A stretch of 64,000 bases of DNA from an uncultured bacterium (GTDB lineage Bacteria > Patescibacteriota > Minisyncoccia > Moranbacterales > GWC2-37-73), in the NCBI GenBank assembly GCA_903837175.1, contig CAILTR010000050.1:17513-81512 (forward strand), written 5' to 3'. The position numbers were made by a program, and so were the translations under genes. A model generated the notes under the pieces. The model was given only the letters and a program-made list of their open reading frames with translations, had not been told where the DNA came from and ran no database searches. Shown piece by piece: positions 9,946 through 19,543 of the stretch (its first letter is position 1; the number at the start of each line of letters is the position of its first letter).

Positions 9946-10686
9946 CTATTTATATCCCCTTGTTATTAGGCGTATTTTTACCCTGAATAGATCTCTAAGA
10001 GTTCGAAAAAAACCATTCGGACCAACCAAGGTTACCGCTGAATTCTCCTCATTAAGCCAGCGCACGGGAATTTGTTTTACATTATACCCAAACATGCGAG
10101 CTAAAGCAATCAATTCAAAATCAAAACCAAAGCGATCCACCACCATTCTTTTCGCGACTTCATGCGCAACCTTTCCAGTCATCATCTTAAAACCACATTG
10201 CGTATCCGGAAAACTCCAGAGCCCTAAAACAATGCTAATCAACCAGCTAGCAATTTCTCCCATAATTTCACGCTGTCTTGGTTGACGAATTTGGATAAAG
10301 GCCCCTTTTATTTTTCGAGAACCAACCACAAGATCCGCACCCTTTTTAATTTCTGATAAAGCTTTCTCAACATGCGTAATGGAAGTTGAACCATCCGCAT
10401 CTAAAAAGACCACGTACTGCCCTTTTGATTCTAAGAGACCCTGCCGAACTACGTAGCCCTTGCCATAATTCTCTTTATTTTTAATCACTCGCAAGCTTCT
10501 AATTTGACTAGAATAATTTTGAGCAACTTCAGCGGTATTGTCTGGTGAACCATCCGCTACTACAATGATTTCATAAGTGAAATTTTTAGCACTTAAAAAG
10601 CTTTCGATTTCCAACAAATTACCACCGATCTGTTCTTTCTCCTTATACGCAGGCACTACAACTGATAAATAAATTTTATTTTCCAT
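9946..10686 (-). CDS. GT2 dolichyl-phosphate glucosyltransferase-like protein (paralog of 7322..8071)
   Basis: PAYKE, DGSPD, GKG, LDADG, DTQCGFK, FGFDFE. Confidence 0.88.
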   Translation of the reverse strand: MENKIYLSVVVPAYKEKEQIGGNLLEIESFLSAKNFTYEIIVVADGSPDNTAEVAQNYSSQIRSLRVIKNKENYGKGYVVRQGLLESKGQYVVFLDADGSTSITHVEKALSEIKKGADLVVGSRKIKGAFIQIRQPRQREIMGEIASWLISIVLGLWSFPDTQCGFKMMTGKVAHEVAKRMVVDRFGFDFELIALARMFGYNVKQIPVRWLNEENSAVTLVGPNGFFRTLRDLFRVKIRLITRGYK

Positions 10687-10769
10687 CTATAATATCGAAT
10701 AAAATTTAAACCTTCCAAAGAAGATTGAAATTTATTTAAAATAAAAGGGTATTAATACCCCAGGGCAAG

Positions 10770-10789
10770 CCTGCCTACAGGTAGGCAGG
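10770..10789. repeat. 20-nt palindrome CCTGCCTACAGGTAGGCAGG nested in a CCAGGGCAAG/CCCTGG hairpin
   Basis: Removing it restores CCAGGGCAAGCCCTGG. Confidence 0.75.
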
Positions 10790-10840
10790 CCCTGGACCCT
10801 TTGGGTTCATGAGGCAAGCTTCGTCGTAGGCAATCCAACC

Positions 10841-10915
10841 GTTTGTTATCGTCGCTCGCTCGGAAATGAATTCACCAGCTGGCGAATTCATTTCTCTCAC
10901 CACGCTAGCTAATAA
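10841..10915. repeat. structured repeat family E copy (reverse match to 40423..40527)
   Basis: TTTGTTATCGTCGCTC-GCTCGGAA is the reverse complement of TTCCGAGC...GAGCGACGATAACAAA near 40465..40527. Confidence 0.6.
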
Positions 10916-10974
10916 ATTCTTACAATCTTATCTTCCCAATATTTAATCTCTTCCTAGCATAACCGGCTTGATAT

Positions 10975-11385
10975 TTAACAATTTTTAATCCTTTCTAACC
11001 AGCCTTGCAAAATAATCCGGGCGGCTTCTTGGTCGTCAAATTGGGCGAGGTTTTTTCCGCCGTGCATTTTAAGATTCTCGTGGGCCATTTTAGTCGTAAA
11101 CATTTCTTCAAAAAATTCAACCGAAACGCCCAGCTTACTTTCAAGTTCCCTGCCAAATTTTAATTTTTCCTCACTACTTTCTAAATCCTTAGCGTGTTTC
11201 GTTTTACCGATAATAATTTTAGTAATATCTTTCTCAAGAATAATTTTTTTTAATTTAGCTTGCAACTGCCGGTCATTCTTCAGGGTTCCCAGAGCAAAAG
11301 CCATTCGCGTCTCGCCATCAGCCAACGCCAAGCCAATTTTAGCTTGCCCAAAATCTAACCCCAAAAAAGAGCTTACCTGAGACAT
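10975..11385 (-). CDS. ruvX: RuvX/YqgF pre-16S rRNA nuclease
   Basis: LGLDFG..KIGLA, EMFTT, DDQEAARIILQ; GGAGG SD before MSQV. Confidence 0.88.
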   Translation of the reverse strand: MSQVSSFLGLDFGQAKIGLALADGETRMAFALGTLKNDRQLQAKLKKIILEKDITKIIIGKTKHAKDLESSEEKLKFGRELESKLGVSVEFFEEMFTTKMAHENLKMHGGKNLAQFDDQEAARIILQGWLERIKNC

Positions 11386-11399
11386 ATTTTCACCTCCCA

Positions 11400-11428
11400 T
11401 TGACTTTTGCATAGTTTTGCTATATAAT
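11400..11428 (+). promoter_or_regulatory. sigma70-type promoter TTGACT-17-TATAAT
   Basis: Near-consensus boxes with a 17-nt spacer upstream of 11484..11804. Confidence 0.65.
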
Positions 11429-11483
11429 TAAAAGTTGTCATCTAAAGTATATCATAAACCCTAAAAAACAAGGAGTAACAAAC

Positions 11484-11804
11484 TTGAACAAATGTTTTAT
11501 TACCGCATTCAGCTGTCTTACTTGTTCTATTGCGGCCCACATATTAAAATCTTTCGGGGTAGAGGTAACAACCTCCTTTGATTTAATATCTTTAATACTT
11601 TTTCTTACAGGGTTCATTCTAATCCTGACTGGCTTTAAGAAAATCAGTGAAGAACAAGAACGGCAACAGCTCGCCCGCAACCTAGGTTCTTTTGAGGAAA
11701 AATACGGCAAATTGTCGATTGACACGACAATCAGGAACTCAGAATTTGAAAATAAACCATTCAATATCTCCAAACCTGGATATATTGAAATCTCTCAAAA
11801 TTAA
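11484..11804 (+). CDS. small two-TM hypothetical protein
   Basis: TTG start after AAGGAG, two hydrophobic segments, own promoter and downstream hairpins. Confidence 0.6.
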   Translation: MNKCFITAFSCLTCSIAAHILKSFGVEVTTSFDLISLILFLTGFILILTGFKKISEEQERQQLARNLGSFEEKYGKLSIDTTIRNSEFENKPFNISKPGYIEISQN

Positions 11805-11812
11805 AAAAATTA

Positions 11813-11900
11813 TTTATAGACTATAAAGTATTTCTACGAAAATATTTCATAGTCTATAAATCCAACCCCTCTCCAATTTGGATTTATGGGGTCTTTTTTT
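11813..11900 (+). terminator. tandem hairpins between convergent genes
   Basis: TTTATAGACTAT...ATAGTCTATAAA stem, then ACCCC...GGGGT followed by C and a T-run. Confidence 0.5.
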
Positions 11901-11945
11901 ATCCAAGATTCTAAAATCCAAAATCTAAAATCTAGAATCTACTTT

Positions 11946-12710
11946 TTACTGCGTCAAAATTTCAACTCCATTTTTAGTAATCAAAATCGTGTTTTCATAG
12001 TGCGCGCTGAGCGAGCCATCTTTGGTTTCGAAAACCCAACCATCGCTACCCAAAACAGTTCTAAAATCTCCCGCGTTAACCATTGGCTCAAGCGCCAAAG
12101 TCATCCCGGCCTTTAATTTTAAATCGCGAAAACCTGCTTCAAAATAATTCGGAACTTGGGGCTCTTCGTGCAAATTCCGGCCAATTCCATGCCCGACTAA
12201 GTTTTTCACCACCGAAAAACCAGCCTTTTTGACAACTTTTTCAGCCGCCTTTGAATAAACGCTCAGCATCACACCTTCTCTTAAGCCCTTAATTCCTTGC
12301 CAAAAAGCTTGCTGCGTAGCCTCCCTTAATTTTTCAGCCTCAATCGAAATTTCTCCAACGGCAAAAGTTCGGGCCATATCCGAAAAAAAGCCATCTATTT
12401 CCAAACCAAGATCAATTTTAAAGATATCACCCACTTTTAAAAGACGCTCCTCGCTTGGAATACCGTGGACGACTTCACTATTGATTGAGGCGCAAATCGT
12501 AGCTGGAAAAGGATTCTTACCTCCACCGTAACCTTTAAAAGCCGGCTGGCCACCACGCTCTAAGATAAGCTTCTCTGCTAGTTGATCTATCTCTAAAGTC
12601 GAAACGCCAGGCCTAATTTCTTTTTCAAGCCGCTGCATCACCTCTGCTAGTTTTTTACCAGCCAAGCGCATAATAGCGAGTTCAGATTCAGTTTTAATGT
12701 GAATAGACAT
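11946..12710 (-). CDS. map: methionine aminopeptidase type I
   Basis: CASINSEVVHGIP, D..D ligands, GHGIG..LHEEP, EPM, SAHYENT. Confidence 0.96.
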   Translation of the reverse strand: MSIHIKTESELAIMRLAGKKLAEVMQRLEKEIRPGVSTLEIDQLAEKLILERGGQPAFKGYGGGKNPFPATICASINSEVVHGIPSEERLLKVGDIFKIDLGLEIDGFFSDMARTFAVGEISIEAEKLREATQQAFWQGIKGLREGVMLSVYSKAAEKVVKKAGFSVVKNLVGHGIGRNLHEEPQVPNYFEAGFRDLKLKAGMTLALEPMVNAGDFRTVLGSDGWVFETKDGSLSAHYENTILITKNGVEILTQ

Positions 12711-12736
12711 ACACTAATAATTTTAAATTTCAAATT

Positions 12737-13381
12737 TCAAATTTCAAATTTTGAAATTATGTCTTCAAATACCTCCTCCATCCCCTTGCCTCCATCAACC
12801 TCAATTAAGAGGCCTTTTTTTCGATAGGCTTCAACGACGGGCATAGTTGTATTATAGAAAATATCTAGTCGTTTAACAATACCTTCTGGCGTATCATCAC
12901 TACGTTGAGCTATTTGGCCACCGCAAAAAGGACAAATGTCATTAGCAAGTTCGACGTGCTTGCCTAAAATAATAGGTTTAGCGCAACTCGTACAAGCAAA
13001 GCGCCTAGTTATCCTAGCTACCGACTCACCATAAGGGAGCGAGATATAAATTGCCCTATCGATCGATCGGTTTTGAGCTTTCATTATTTTTTCTACTGGC
13101 TGGATTTGCCCAAGAGTACGCGGAGCGCTATCTAAAATGACCCCCTTATCGGGTGAAATTTTTTCTAAGTGATGCACTAGGAAATCCACCGTTATTTCAT
13201 CTGGAATCAGCTCTCTACTTTCACTCAAATCTTTTATCTTAACCCCCAACGGAGAATCAAGTTTAGCGACATCACGAAAAATCTGTCCGGTTTCAATGTG
13301 GGACAGATTAAATTTCTCAGCTAATTTTTCAGCCTGCGTCCCCTTGCCAGAGCCCTGGGGACCGAAGATAATTAAATTCAT
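12737..13381 (-). CDS. adk: adenylate kinase with Zn-finger LID
   Basis: GPQGSGKGTQA, CTSC..CPFC lid, QRSDD. Confidence 0.93.
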   Translation of the reverse strand: MNLIIFGPQGSGKGTQAEKLAEKFNLSHIETGQIFRDVAKLDSPLGVKIKDLSESRELIPDEITVDFLVHHLEKISPDKGVILDSAPRTLGQIQPVEKIMKAQNRSIDRAIYISLPYGESVARITRRFACTSCAKPIILGKHVELANDICPFCGGQIAQRSDDTPEGIVKRLDIFYNTTMPVVEAYRKKGLLIEVDGGKGMEEVFEDIISKFEI

Positions 13382-13384
13382 TAA

Positions 13385-13452
13385 ACATGGAACATGGAAC
13401 ATGAAACATGGAACAAAAATGCTCTATGCTCTATGCTCTATGTTTTGTGACT
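13385..13452. repeat. heptamer junction hairpin (CATGGAA x4 opposite CTCTATG x3)
   Basis: Tandem heptamer arms that pair with a recurring A-C mismatch on the coding strand. Confidence 0.75.
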
Positions 13453-13453
13453 T

Positions 13454-14725
13454 TTAAAATCCTTCATAATCTCGCATTACCAACTGCCCTTCGATTTGTT
13501 TAATCGTTTCAATCACCACCGAAACTACAATCAAAATACTCGTGCCGCCAATTCGTAGCGTTTGAATATTTGTTAGACCTTGCACAATAAAAGGGAGTAC
13601 AGCAATCGCCCCCAGAAACAAAGCCCCTGCTAATGTAATTCGGTTCATGATTTTATAAAGATAGTCAGCTGTAGTTTTTCCTGGGCGAATGCCTGGAATA
13701 TAGCCACCTTGCTTTTGGAGATTTTCTGAAATTTTTACGGGATCAAAAACCACCGCCGTATAAAAGTAAGTAAACATCACAATTAAGACAAAGTACATAC
13801 TGCTATAAAAAACTTGATTTTGAAATAAAGTATTTACGTTAGTCGCTAGCTGAGCTACAGTTTCGTTACTGGCTTTCGTTAAAAAAGTTGCAATCATTCC
13901 TGGGAAAAGCATAATGGACATCGCGAAAATAATTGGGATCACGCCAGCTTGATTAACGCGCAGTGGTAAGTGCGAAGACGCCCCACCATAGGTATTACCC
14001 CCGTGCACGCGTTTTGCGTAAGAAACCGCAATATTGCGCTGTCCTTCGGTAATTAAAACTACCCCGGCAATCGTAACTAGCATCACCGCTAAAATAATTG
14101 CGTAAGTAAAAAACTGAGTTGAATCAAAAGTTAAAAATAGCTTTGAGGCTGAAGACGGTAGACTGCTAACAATCCCAGCAAAGATGATTAATGAAACTCC
14201 ATTTCCAATCCCCTTTTCTGTAATAAGCTCTCCGAGCCACATCAAGAAAATCGTCCCTGTTGTTGCAATTAGCACTAACACTGCCATTTCAAAGGGCGAT
14301 AGAACCCCAATAACATTCTGCGAACGCAGTAAGGTTACTAAACCAAAAGTTTGCATTATTGCCAAAGGAACCGTTAGCCAACGCGTCCACATATTAAATT
14401 TCTGCCTACCCGCCTCACCTTCTTCTTTGTAGATTTGTTCAATCCTGGGTACTATCATCGTGAGCAGTTGCATAATAATCGAAGCTGTAATGTAAGGACC
14501 CACGCCCAACATCACAATCGAAATATTCGTGAGACCCCCTCCCGAAAAAACGTTTAGCATTCCTAGTAGTTGATTACCTTCAAAAAGACGACGCAATTGT
14601 TCACTATCAACCCCCGGAAGCGGAATATTAGCCGCTACCCGGAAAACAATAAGAATCCCCAGAATGAAGAGGATCTTATTGCGAAGTTCTTTTATTTTGA
14701 AAATTTGAGTTATCTTGTCTAACAT
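13454..14725 (-). CDS. secY: preprotein translocase SecY
   Basis: LGVGPYITASIIMQLL, GIGNGVSLIIF, GYIPGIRPG, GGTSILIVV. Confidence 0.97.
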   Translation of the reverse strand: MLDKITQIFKIKELRNKILFILGILIVFRVAANIPLPGVDSEQLRRLFEGNQLLGMLNVFSGGGLTNISIVMLGVGPYITASIIMQLLTMIVPRIEQIYKEEGEAGRQKFNMWTRWLTVPLAIMQTFGLVTLLRSQNVIGVLSPFEMAVLVLIATTGTIFLMWLGELITEKGIGNGVSLIIFAGIVSSLPSSASKLFLTFDSTQFFTYAIILAVMLVTIAGVVLITEGQRNIAVSYAKRVHGGNTYGGASSHLPLRVNQAGVIPIIFAMSIMLFPGMIATFLTKASNETVAQLATNVNTLFQNQVFYSSMYFVLIVMFTYFYTAVVFDPVKISENLQKQGGYIPGIRPGKTTADYLYKIMNRITLAGALFLGAIAVLPFIVQGLTNIQTLRIGGTSILIVVSVVIETIKQIEGQLVMRDYEGF

Positions 14726-14729
14726 AAAA

Positions 14730-14816
14730 TAGCTTCACTAGCTTCACTAGCTTCACTAGCTTATAGCCCATTTTTAGAAAAAATTCTAAAAGCTAAAAAC
14801 TAAAAGCTAAAAGCTA
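14730..14816. repeat. AGCT-family junction hairpin (AGCTTCACT x3 opposite CTAAAAG units)
   Basis: Tandem units; same family as the lysS flanks. Confidence 0.7.
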
Positions 14817-15251
14817 TTCTTTAATGGTTCCTCCTGCTTTCATTATAACATCTTTAGCAGTTTGTGAAAGGAGTAGCTCCTTCTCAATTGTCAGCTTCTT
14901 AGAAAGATCACCAGTGCTTAAAATTTTCACCCCATCTTTAGCATCTTTCTTGGAAATAACTTTCTTTGCAATTAAAGTTTCGATTGAAACTAGCTCGCCA
15001 TCTTTAAAGTTCTTTTCCAAATCAAAGATTTTAACAACCGTCTTTTTTGGAGTTCTAGATTTAAAACCGCGAACTTTCTTTAGACGTTCTGTCAAGGAGG
15101 ATCTTCCACCTTCAAACAAAGGATCAATCGCTGCTCCTGAGCGGGCTTTTTGACCTTTGTTTCCACGTCCAGAATATGTTCCGCGCTTTCCTCCGCGACC
15201 AACAGTTTTCTTTGGTTTTCTTTTCTTAAGTGTAAGTTGATGAATTTGCAT
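14814..15251 (-). CDS. rplO: 50S ribosomal protein uL15
   Basis: VGRGGKRGTYSGRGNKGQKARSG, FEGG; start moved to MQIHQL. Confidence 0.95.
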   Translation of the reverse strand: MQIHQLTLKKRKPKKTVGRGGKRGTYSGRGNKGQKARSGAAIDPLFEGGRSSLTERLKKVRGFKSRTPKKTVVKIFDLEKNFKDGELVSIETLIAKKVISKKDAKDGVKILSTGDLSKKLTIEKELLLSQTAKDVIMKAGGTIKE

Positions 15252-15363
15252 ATGTTTTATATCTCTAATCAACACTAATTATTTCACTAATTATCTCTAA
15301 TATCTTTCAATTTATATTCGCGAACATTCGAGAAAAATTCGTGTCGATTCGCGATTTATATCC
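15252..15363 (-). repeat. family A junction hairpin (rpsE-rplO, where rpmD normally lies)
   Basis: AATCGCGAATCGACACGAAT... arm and ...ATTAGTGTTGATTAGAGAT arm. Confidence 0.9.
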
Positions 15364-15870
15364 TTAAGCTTCCTTAACCACGACCGCCTCAGCCTTAATC
15401 CTTGGCTCCTTTAGACTTCGCAAAGCTTCAATTGTTGCTCTGGCAACGTTTAATTTATTTGAAGTTCCCAGTGATTTTGAAACAATATCCCGGATTCCAG
15501 CCAAATCAACCACTGCGCGGACAGCTCCTCCAGCAATCACCCCTCGTCCTTCAGCCGCTGGCTTAAGTAAAATTTTAGCACTACCCTTTTTCATTTGAAC
15601 ATCATGCGGGATAGTATTTGCAGATAATTTTACAGTTATCATGCATTTTTTAGCATCGTTGTAAGCTTTTTGGATTGCATCAGAAACATCAGATCCTTTA
15701 GCTACCCCAACCCCAACTTGTCCCTTACGATTTCCGATTACGAGGGTTGCGCGAAAACGAAATCTTCGTCCGCCTTTAACTACGCGAGTAACTCTAGCCA
15801 AATCTAAAAGCTTTTGCTCAAATTCTGGCTTTTCTCTTCTCACTGGTTTTTTGCCTGATCTTTTATCCAT
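15364..15870 (-). CDS. rpsE: 30S ribosomal protein uS5
   Basis: RVTRVVKGGRRFRF, GRGVIAGG. Confidence 0.97.
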   Translation of the reverse strand: MDKRSGKKPVRREKPEFEQKLLDLARVTRVVKGGRRFRFRATLVIGNRKGQVGVGVAKGSDVSDAIQKAYNDAKKCMITVKLSANTIPHDVQMKKGSAKILLKPAAEGRGVIAGGAVRAVVDLAGIRDIVSKSLGTSNKLNVARATIEALRSLKEPRIKAEAVVVKEA

Positions 15871-15983
15871 AATGTTATAAATCTCTAATTAACGCTAATC
15901 TTATCACTAATTATCTCTAATATTTTTCAAATTATATTCGCGAATATTCGAGAAAAATTCGTGTTGATTCGCGATTGATATCC
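15871..15983 (-). repeat. family A junction hairpin (rplR-rpsE)
   Basis: Near-identical to neighbouring copies. Confidence 0.9.
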
Positions 15984-16334
15984 TTAAAATTTGAGTCCGC
16001 CTTCTCGAGCTCCTTCAGCTAAAGCCTTAACTCTTCCATGATATTGATAACCCGATCTATCGAAAGTCACAGTTTCTATCTTTAAAGCAAGACATTTTTC
16101 AGCAATTAATTTTCCAACTTCCTTGGCGCCTTCAATCGTATTTGAACTCTTCTTAATTTCTGAAAGTTTTGCGCTAGCCAAAGTTTTTCCAGTAGTATCA
16201 TCAATCGCTTGAGCATAAATACTTTTCAAGCTTTTAAAAACCGACAAACGCGGTCGCTCAGCGCTACCTGAAATTTTTGCGCGCACACGACGTTTTCGTT
16301 GCAAACGACTACTATTGTTACTTGGTTTTTTCAT
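15984..16334 (-). CDS. rplR: 50S ribosomal protein uL18
   Basis: [30 protein letters not shown]. Confidence 0.97.
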   Translation of the reverse strand: MKKPSNNSSRLQRKRRVRAKISGSAERPRLSVFKSLKSIYAQAIDDTTGKTLASAKLSEIKKSSNTIEGAKEVGKLIAEKCLALKIETVTFDRSGYQYHGRVKALAEGAREGGLKF

Positions 16335-16444
16335 AATGGTATAAATCTCTAATCAACACTAATTATTTCACTAATTATCTCTAATATTTTTAATTATATT
16401 CGCGAACATTCGAGAAAAATTCGTGTCGATTCGCGATTTATTTC
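16335..16444 (-). repeat. family A junction hairpin (rplF-rplR)
   Basis: Near-identical to neighbouring copies. Confidence 0.9.
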
Positions 16445-16981
16445 TTACTTGGATGATTTCTTGCCTTCTTTTCTGCGAACATGTTCTCCGGTGTATTTAA
16501 AGCCTTTTCCTTTATACGGTTCTACTGGCTTAAGCGCTCTGATATTGGCTGAAAATTGTCCAACTTCATGCTTATCAATCCCGGAAACGGTCATTGTATT
16601 TCCTTCAATAATGATTTCAAGCGTTTCTGGAATTTGAACTTCAACTGGGTGTGAAAAACCAAGCGCTAAATTAATTTTCTTACCTGCTACTGCCATACGG
16701 AAACCAACTCCGTTAAGTTCAAGTTGTTTTTTAAAACCAACGGTTACGCCTTCAAACATATTTTCAATAATCCTAGCAGTTGTACCCCAAATCGCTGGCG
16801 CATTTTTTCCTTTTCCTACTTTCGCAACTAAGATAGTTTCCGGTGAAATTTCAATAACGACATCTTCATGATGCTCAAATTTAAGAGTGCCCTTTGGCCC
16901 TTTAACGGAAACCAAATTCTTATCTACAGCGATAGTCACTCCCTGAGGAATAGCTACAGGTTTTTTTCCAATTCTACTCAT
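16445..16981 (-). CDS. rplF: 50S ribosomal protein uL6
   Basis: MSRIGKKP, LGFSHP, EPYKGKG. Confidence 0.97.
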   Translation of the reverse strand: MSRIGKKPVAIPQGVTIAVDKNLVSVKGPKGTLKFEHHEDVVIEISPETILVAKVGKGKNAPAIWGTTARIIENMFEGVTVGFKKQLELNGVGFRMAVAGKKINLALGFSHPVEVQIPETLEIIIEGNTMTVSGIDKHEVGQFSANIRALKPVEPYKGKGFKYTGEHVRRKEGKKSSK

Positions 16982-17094
16982 AATGTTATAAATCTCTAAT
17001 CAACACTAATTATTTCGCTAATTATCCCTAATATTTTTTAAATTATATTCGCGAACATTCGAGAAAAATTCGTGTCGATTCGCGATTTATATAA
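16982..17094 (-). repeat. family A junction hairpin (rpsH-rplF)
   Basis: Near-identical to neighbouring copies. Confidence 0.9.
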
Positions 17095-17499
17095 TTACCA
17101 GACTTCACAAATTATTTCACCACCTAAACCGAGTTTTCTTGCGCTATCTCCTGTCATGATTCCTTTCGAAGTGGAAACAATTGAAATCCCATAGCCATTC
17201 TTGATTCGCTTGATATCATTTTTCTTCACATAGATCCGCTGGCCCTGTCTACTTACTCGCTTTATTTCTCTAATGGCCGGATTTTTCTCAGTGTTTGAAA
17301 CAACCTCATACTTCAAAGTTATATTGAGGACTGGAAATTTTTCTCCGTCTTCTTTTTTCACAGCTTGAATAAAATTTCGTTGCTGCAAAATTTGAGCAAT
17401 TGAATATTTTAACTTCGAAAAAGGAACCGAAACTTTTGCATGTTTCGCTCGCTGTGCATTTCGAATTCTTGTAAGCATGTCTGCTATTGGATCTAACAT
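17095..17499 (-). CDS. rpsH: 30S ribosomal protein uS8
   Basis: DPIADMLTRIRNA, STSKGIMT, GGEIIC. Confidence 0.97.
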   Translation of the reverse strand: MLDPIADMLTRIRNAQRAKHAKVSVPFSKLKYSIAQILQQRNFIQAVKKEDGEKFPVLNITLKYEVVSNTEKNPAIREIKRVSRQGQRIYVKKNDIKRIKNGYGISIVSTSKGIMTGDSARKLGLGGEIICEVW

Positions 17500-17532
17500 A
17501 TTCTAATTCATTATCCTAATTATATTTAAATG

Positions 17533-17639
17533 ATATAAATCGCCAATCTTCACTAATCTTTTCACTAATAATCACTAATTTTGAAATTTTATTTGCGATT
17601 ATTCGAGATACTATTTGAGTTGATTCGTGATTTATAATG
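17533..17639 (-). repeat. family A junction hairpin, divergent copy (rpsN-rpsH)
   Basis: Same CTAAT/ATTCG unit pattern with more substitutions. Confidence 0.75.
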
Positions 17640-17825
17640 CTACCAACTACTTTTCTTTACTCCGGGCAATTCACCTTTACTTGCTAATTCGCGAAAGCAA
17701 ATTCTGCAAATATCAAATGCTCGAAGATAACCATGTTTTCGACCACAACGCCAACACCTTCGCACAATCCGTGTCGAAAATTTTGGTTTCTTCTCTGCTC
17801 TAGCTTGGGTAGATGTTTTCGCCAT
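17640..17825 (-). CDS. rpsN: 30S ribosomal protein uS14, zinc-binding type Z
   Basis: 61 aa, [24 protein letters not shown]. Confidence 0.96.
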   Translation of the reverse strand: MAKTSTQARAEKKPKFSTRIVRRCWRCGRKHGYLRAFDICRICFRELASKGELPGVKKSSW

Positions 17826-17995
17826 TTTTGTCTATGAGCGGAGCGAGTAGCTACAAAAATGAGCGTCCCGCACCAATTCTTAAATTAAACTTTATCTTAT
17901 ATCAAACTGAGCCGTAGGCGAATTCCGAAAGAAAATTTCAATTCTACTTAAAAACTTCTTTCGGAATTGTTTGCGGGACAGCCATCACAATTTAT
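17826..17995 (-). other. multi-stem structured intergenic element (rplE-rpsN)
   Basis: GTCCCGCA/TGCGGGAC and AATTCCGAAAGAA/TTCTTTCGGAATT inverted pairs, GAGCGGAGCGAG motif. Confidence 0.6.
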
Positions 17996-18544
17996 TTATT
18001 CGCTTTTCAGTGGAAATCCTAATAATTTAAATAATTCCAATCCCTGCTCTTGTGAAACAGCACTAGTTGAAACTGTTACTTGCAATCCAAAAGTGTGTTT
18101 TACTCGTTCAGGTGAAATTTCAGGAAAAATTAAATGCTCTCTAATTCCAATATTAATGTTGCCACTCGTATCAACCGATTTTCTACCAATTCCCTGGAAA
18201 TCTCGCGTTCTTGGAAGGGTTGCTACAATCAATCTATCAATAAACTGCCACATTCTTGCTCCGCGCAAAGTTACTTTCACACCGACTTCCATGCCTTCTC
18301 TAGTCTTAAAGCCGGCGATTGCTTTCTTAGCTTTCGTCTTAACTGGTTTTTGACCAGTAATCGCAGTTAGTGTATTGACGATCTCTTCAATTTTATCATT
18401 TTCTTTGACAATTTTTCCAATTCCAACATTAACAACCACTTTCTGAATGCGAGGTACTGCCATAACACTCTTATAGCCAAACTTTTCTTGCATTTGCTTT
18501 GCAACTGTTTTGGAATATTTTTCTTTTGCTGGAATTATTTTCAT
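17996..18544 (-). CDS. rplE: 50S ribosomal protein uL5
   Basis: ITGQKP, AIAGFKTREG, LPRTRDFQG, IFPEI. Confidence 0.97.
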   Translation of the reverse strand: MKIIPAKEKYSKTVAKQMQEKFGYKSVMAVPRIQKVVVNVGIGKIVKENDKIEEIVNTLTAITGQKPVKTKAKKAIAGFKTREGMEVGVKVTLRGARMWQFIDRLIVATLPRTRDFQGIGRKSVDTSGNINIGIREHLIFPEISPERVKHTFGLQVTVSTSAVSQEQGLELFKLLGFPLKSE

Positions 18545-18651
18545 AATAGTATAAATCTCTAATTAATCACTAATCTATTTCACTAATTATCCCTAATGTT
18601 TTTTATTCGCGACTATTCGAGAAAAATTCGTGTCGATTCGCGATTTATTTT
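18545..18651 (-). repeat. family A junction hairpin (rplX-rplE)
   Basis: Same two-arm pattern. Confidence 0.9.
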
Positions 18652-18957
18652 CTACATTTCTTTCCCACATTTCTTACATACTCGGACCTTTTTCTCTTGC
18701 ACAAACGCATATGAGGTTCGGGTCGATTTACCGCAGGATGGGCAAACCAACATCGCATTTGAAGCATCGAACGGAGCAGCCATTTCAACCCGCTGGCCCT
18801 TTTCACCTTCTCGGCGAGCTTTCTTATGCTTCTTTACAATATTCATTTTTTCAACCACGATCCTTCCCTCACTTGGAATTGTTCGGAGGACTTTCCCCTG
18901 TTTACCCTTATCCTTACCGGCAATTTTTTTTACGAGGTCTCCTTTTTTAATTCTCAT
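18652..18957 (-). CDS. rplX: 50S ribosomal protein uL24
   Basis: KOW motif IKKGDLV..IAGKDKGKQG, C-terminal CxxC pairs. Confidence 0.96.
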   Translation of the reverse strand: MRIKKGDLVKKIAGKDKGKQGKVLRTIPSEGRIVVEKMNIVKKHKKARREGEKGQRVEMAAPFDASNAMLVCPSCGKSTRTSYAFVQEKKVRVCKKCGKEM

Positions 18958-19066
18958 AATGTTATAAATCTCTAATTAACGCTAATCTTATCTCTAATTA
19001 TCTCTAATATTTTTTACTATTCGCGAAAATTCGAGAAAAATTCGTGTCGATTCGCGATTGATATCC
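18958..19066 (-). repeat. family A junction hairpin (rplN-rplX)
   Basis: About 100 nt almost identical to 19433..19543. Confidence 0.9.
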
Positions 19067-19432
19067 TTACAGTACTTCTGGAGCCAATGAAACAATCTTG
19101 GCAAATCCTTTTTCTCGCAATTCTCTAGCGATTGGTCCAAAAATACGAGTTCCCTTCGGTTCTTTTTCATTAACAATCACAGCGGCATTTTCATCAAAGC
19201 GAATATAGGAACCATCTTTTCTGCGATAAGCTTTTCGTTGGCGAACAATCACAGCCCGAACCTTATCTCCCTTTTTTACTAAACCTCTTGGTTCAGCTGA
19301 TTTCACAGAGCAAACAATGATATCTCCAACCGAAGCATAACGTCTGCGAGTTCCACCAAGAACCTTGAAGCATTCAATTATTTTTGCTCCAGAATTATCC
19401 GCTGCTCTTAATCTTGTTTCTGCCTGAATCAT
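19067..19432 (-). CDS. rplN: 50S ribosomal protein uL14
   Basis: ADNSGAK, FDENAAV, GTRIFGP, SLAPEVL. Confidence 0.97.
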   Translation of the reverse strand: MIQAETRLRAADNSGAKIIECFKVLGGTRRRYASVGDIIVCSVKSAEPRGLVKKGDKVRAVIVRQRKAYRRKDGSYIRFDENAAVIVNEKEPKGTRIFGPIARELREKGFAKIVSLAPEVL

Positions 19433-19543
19433 ATGTTTAAATAAATCTCTAATTAACGCTAATCTTATCTCTAATTATCTCTAATATTTTTTACTATTCG
19501 CGATCATTCGAGAAAAATTCGTGTCGATTCGCGATTGATATCC
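19433..19543 (-). repeat. family A junction hairpin (rpsQ-rplN)
   Basis: About 100 nt almost identical to 18958..19066. Confidence 0.9.

Noticed and set aside
11438-11773. Minus-strand 111-aa ORF
   Set aside because: The overlapping plus-strand ORF has promoter, SD, TM pattern and terminator support.
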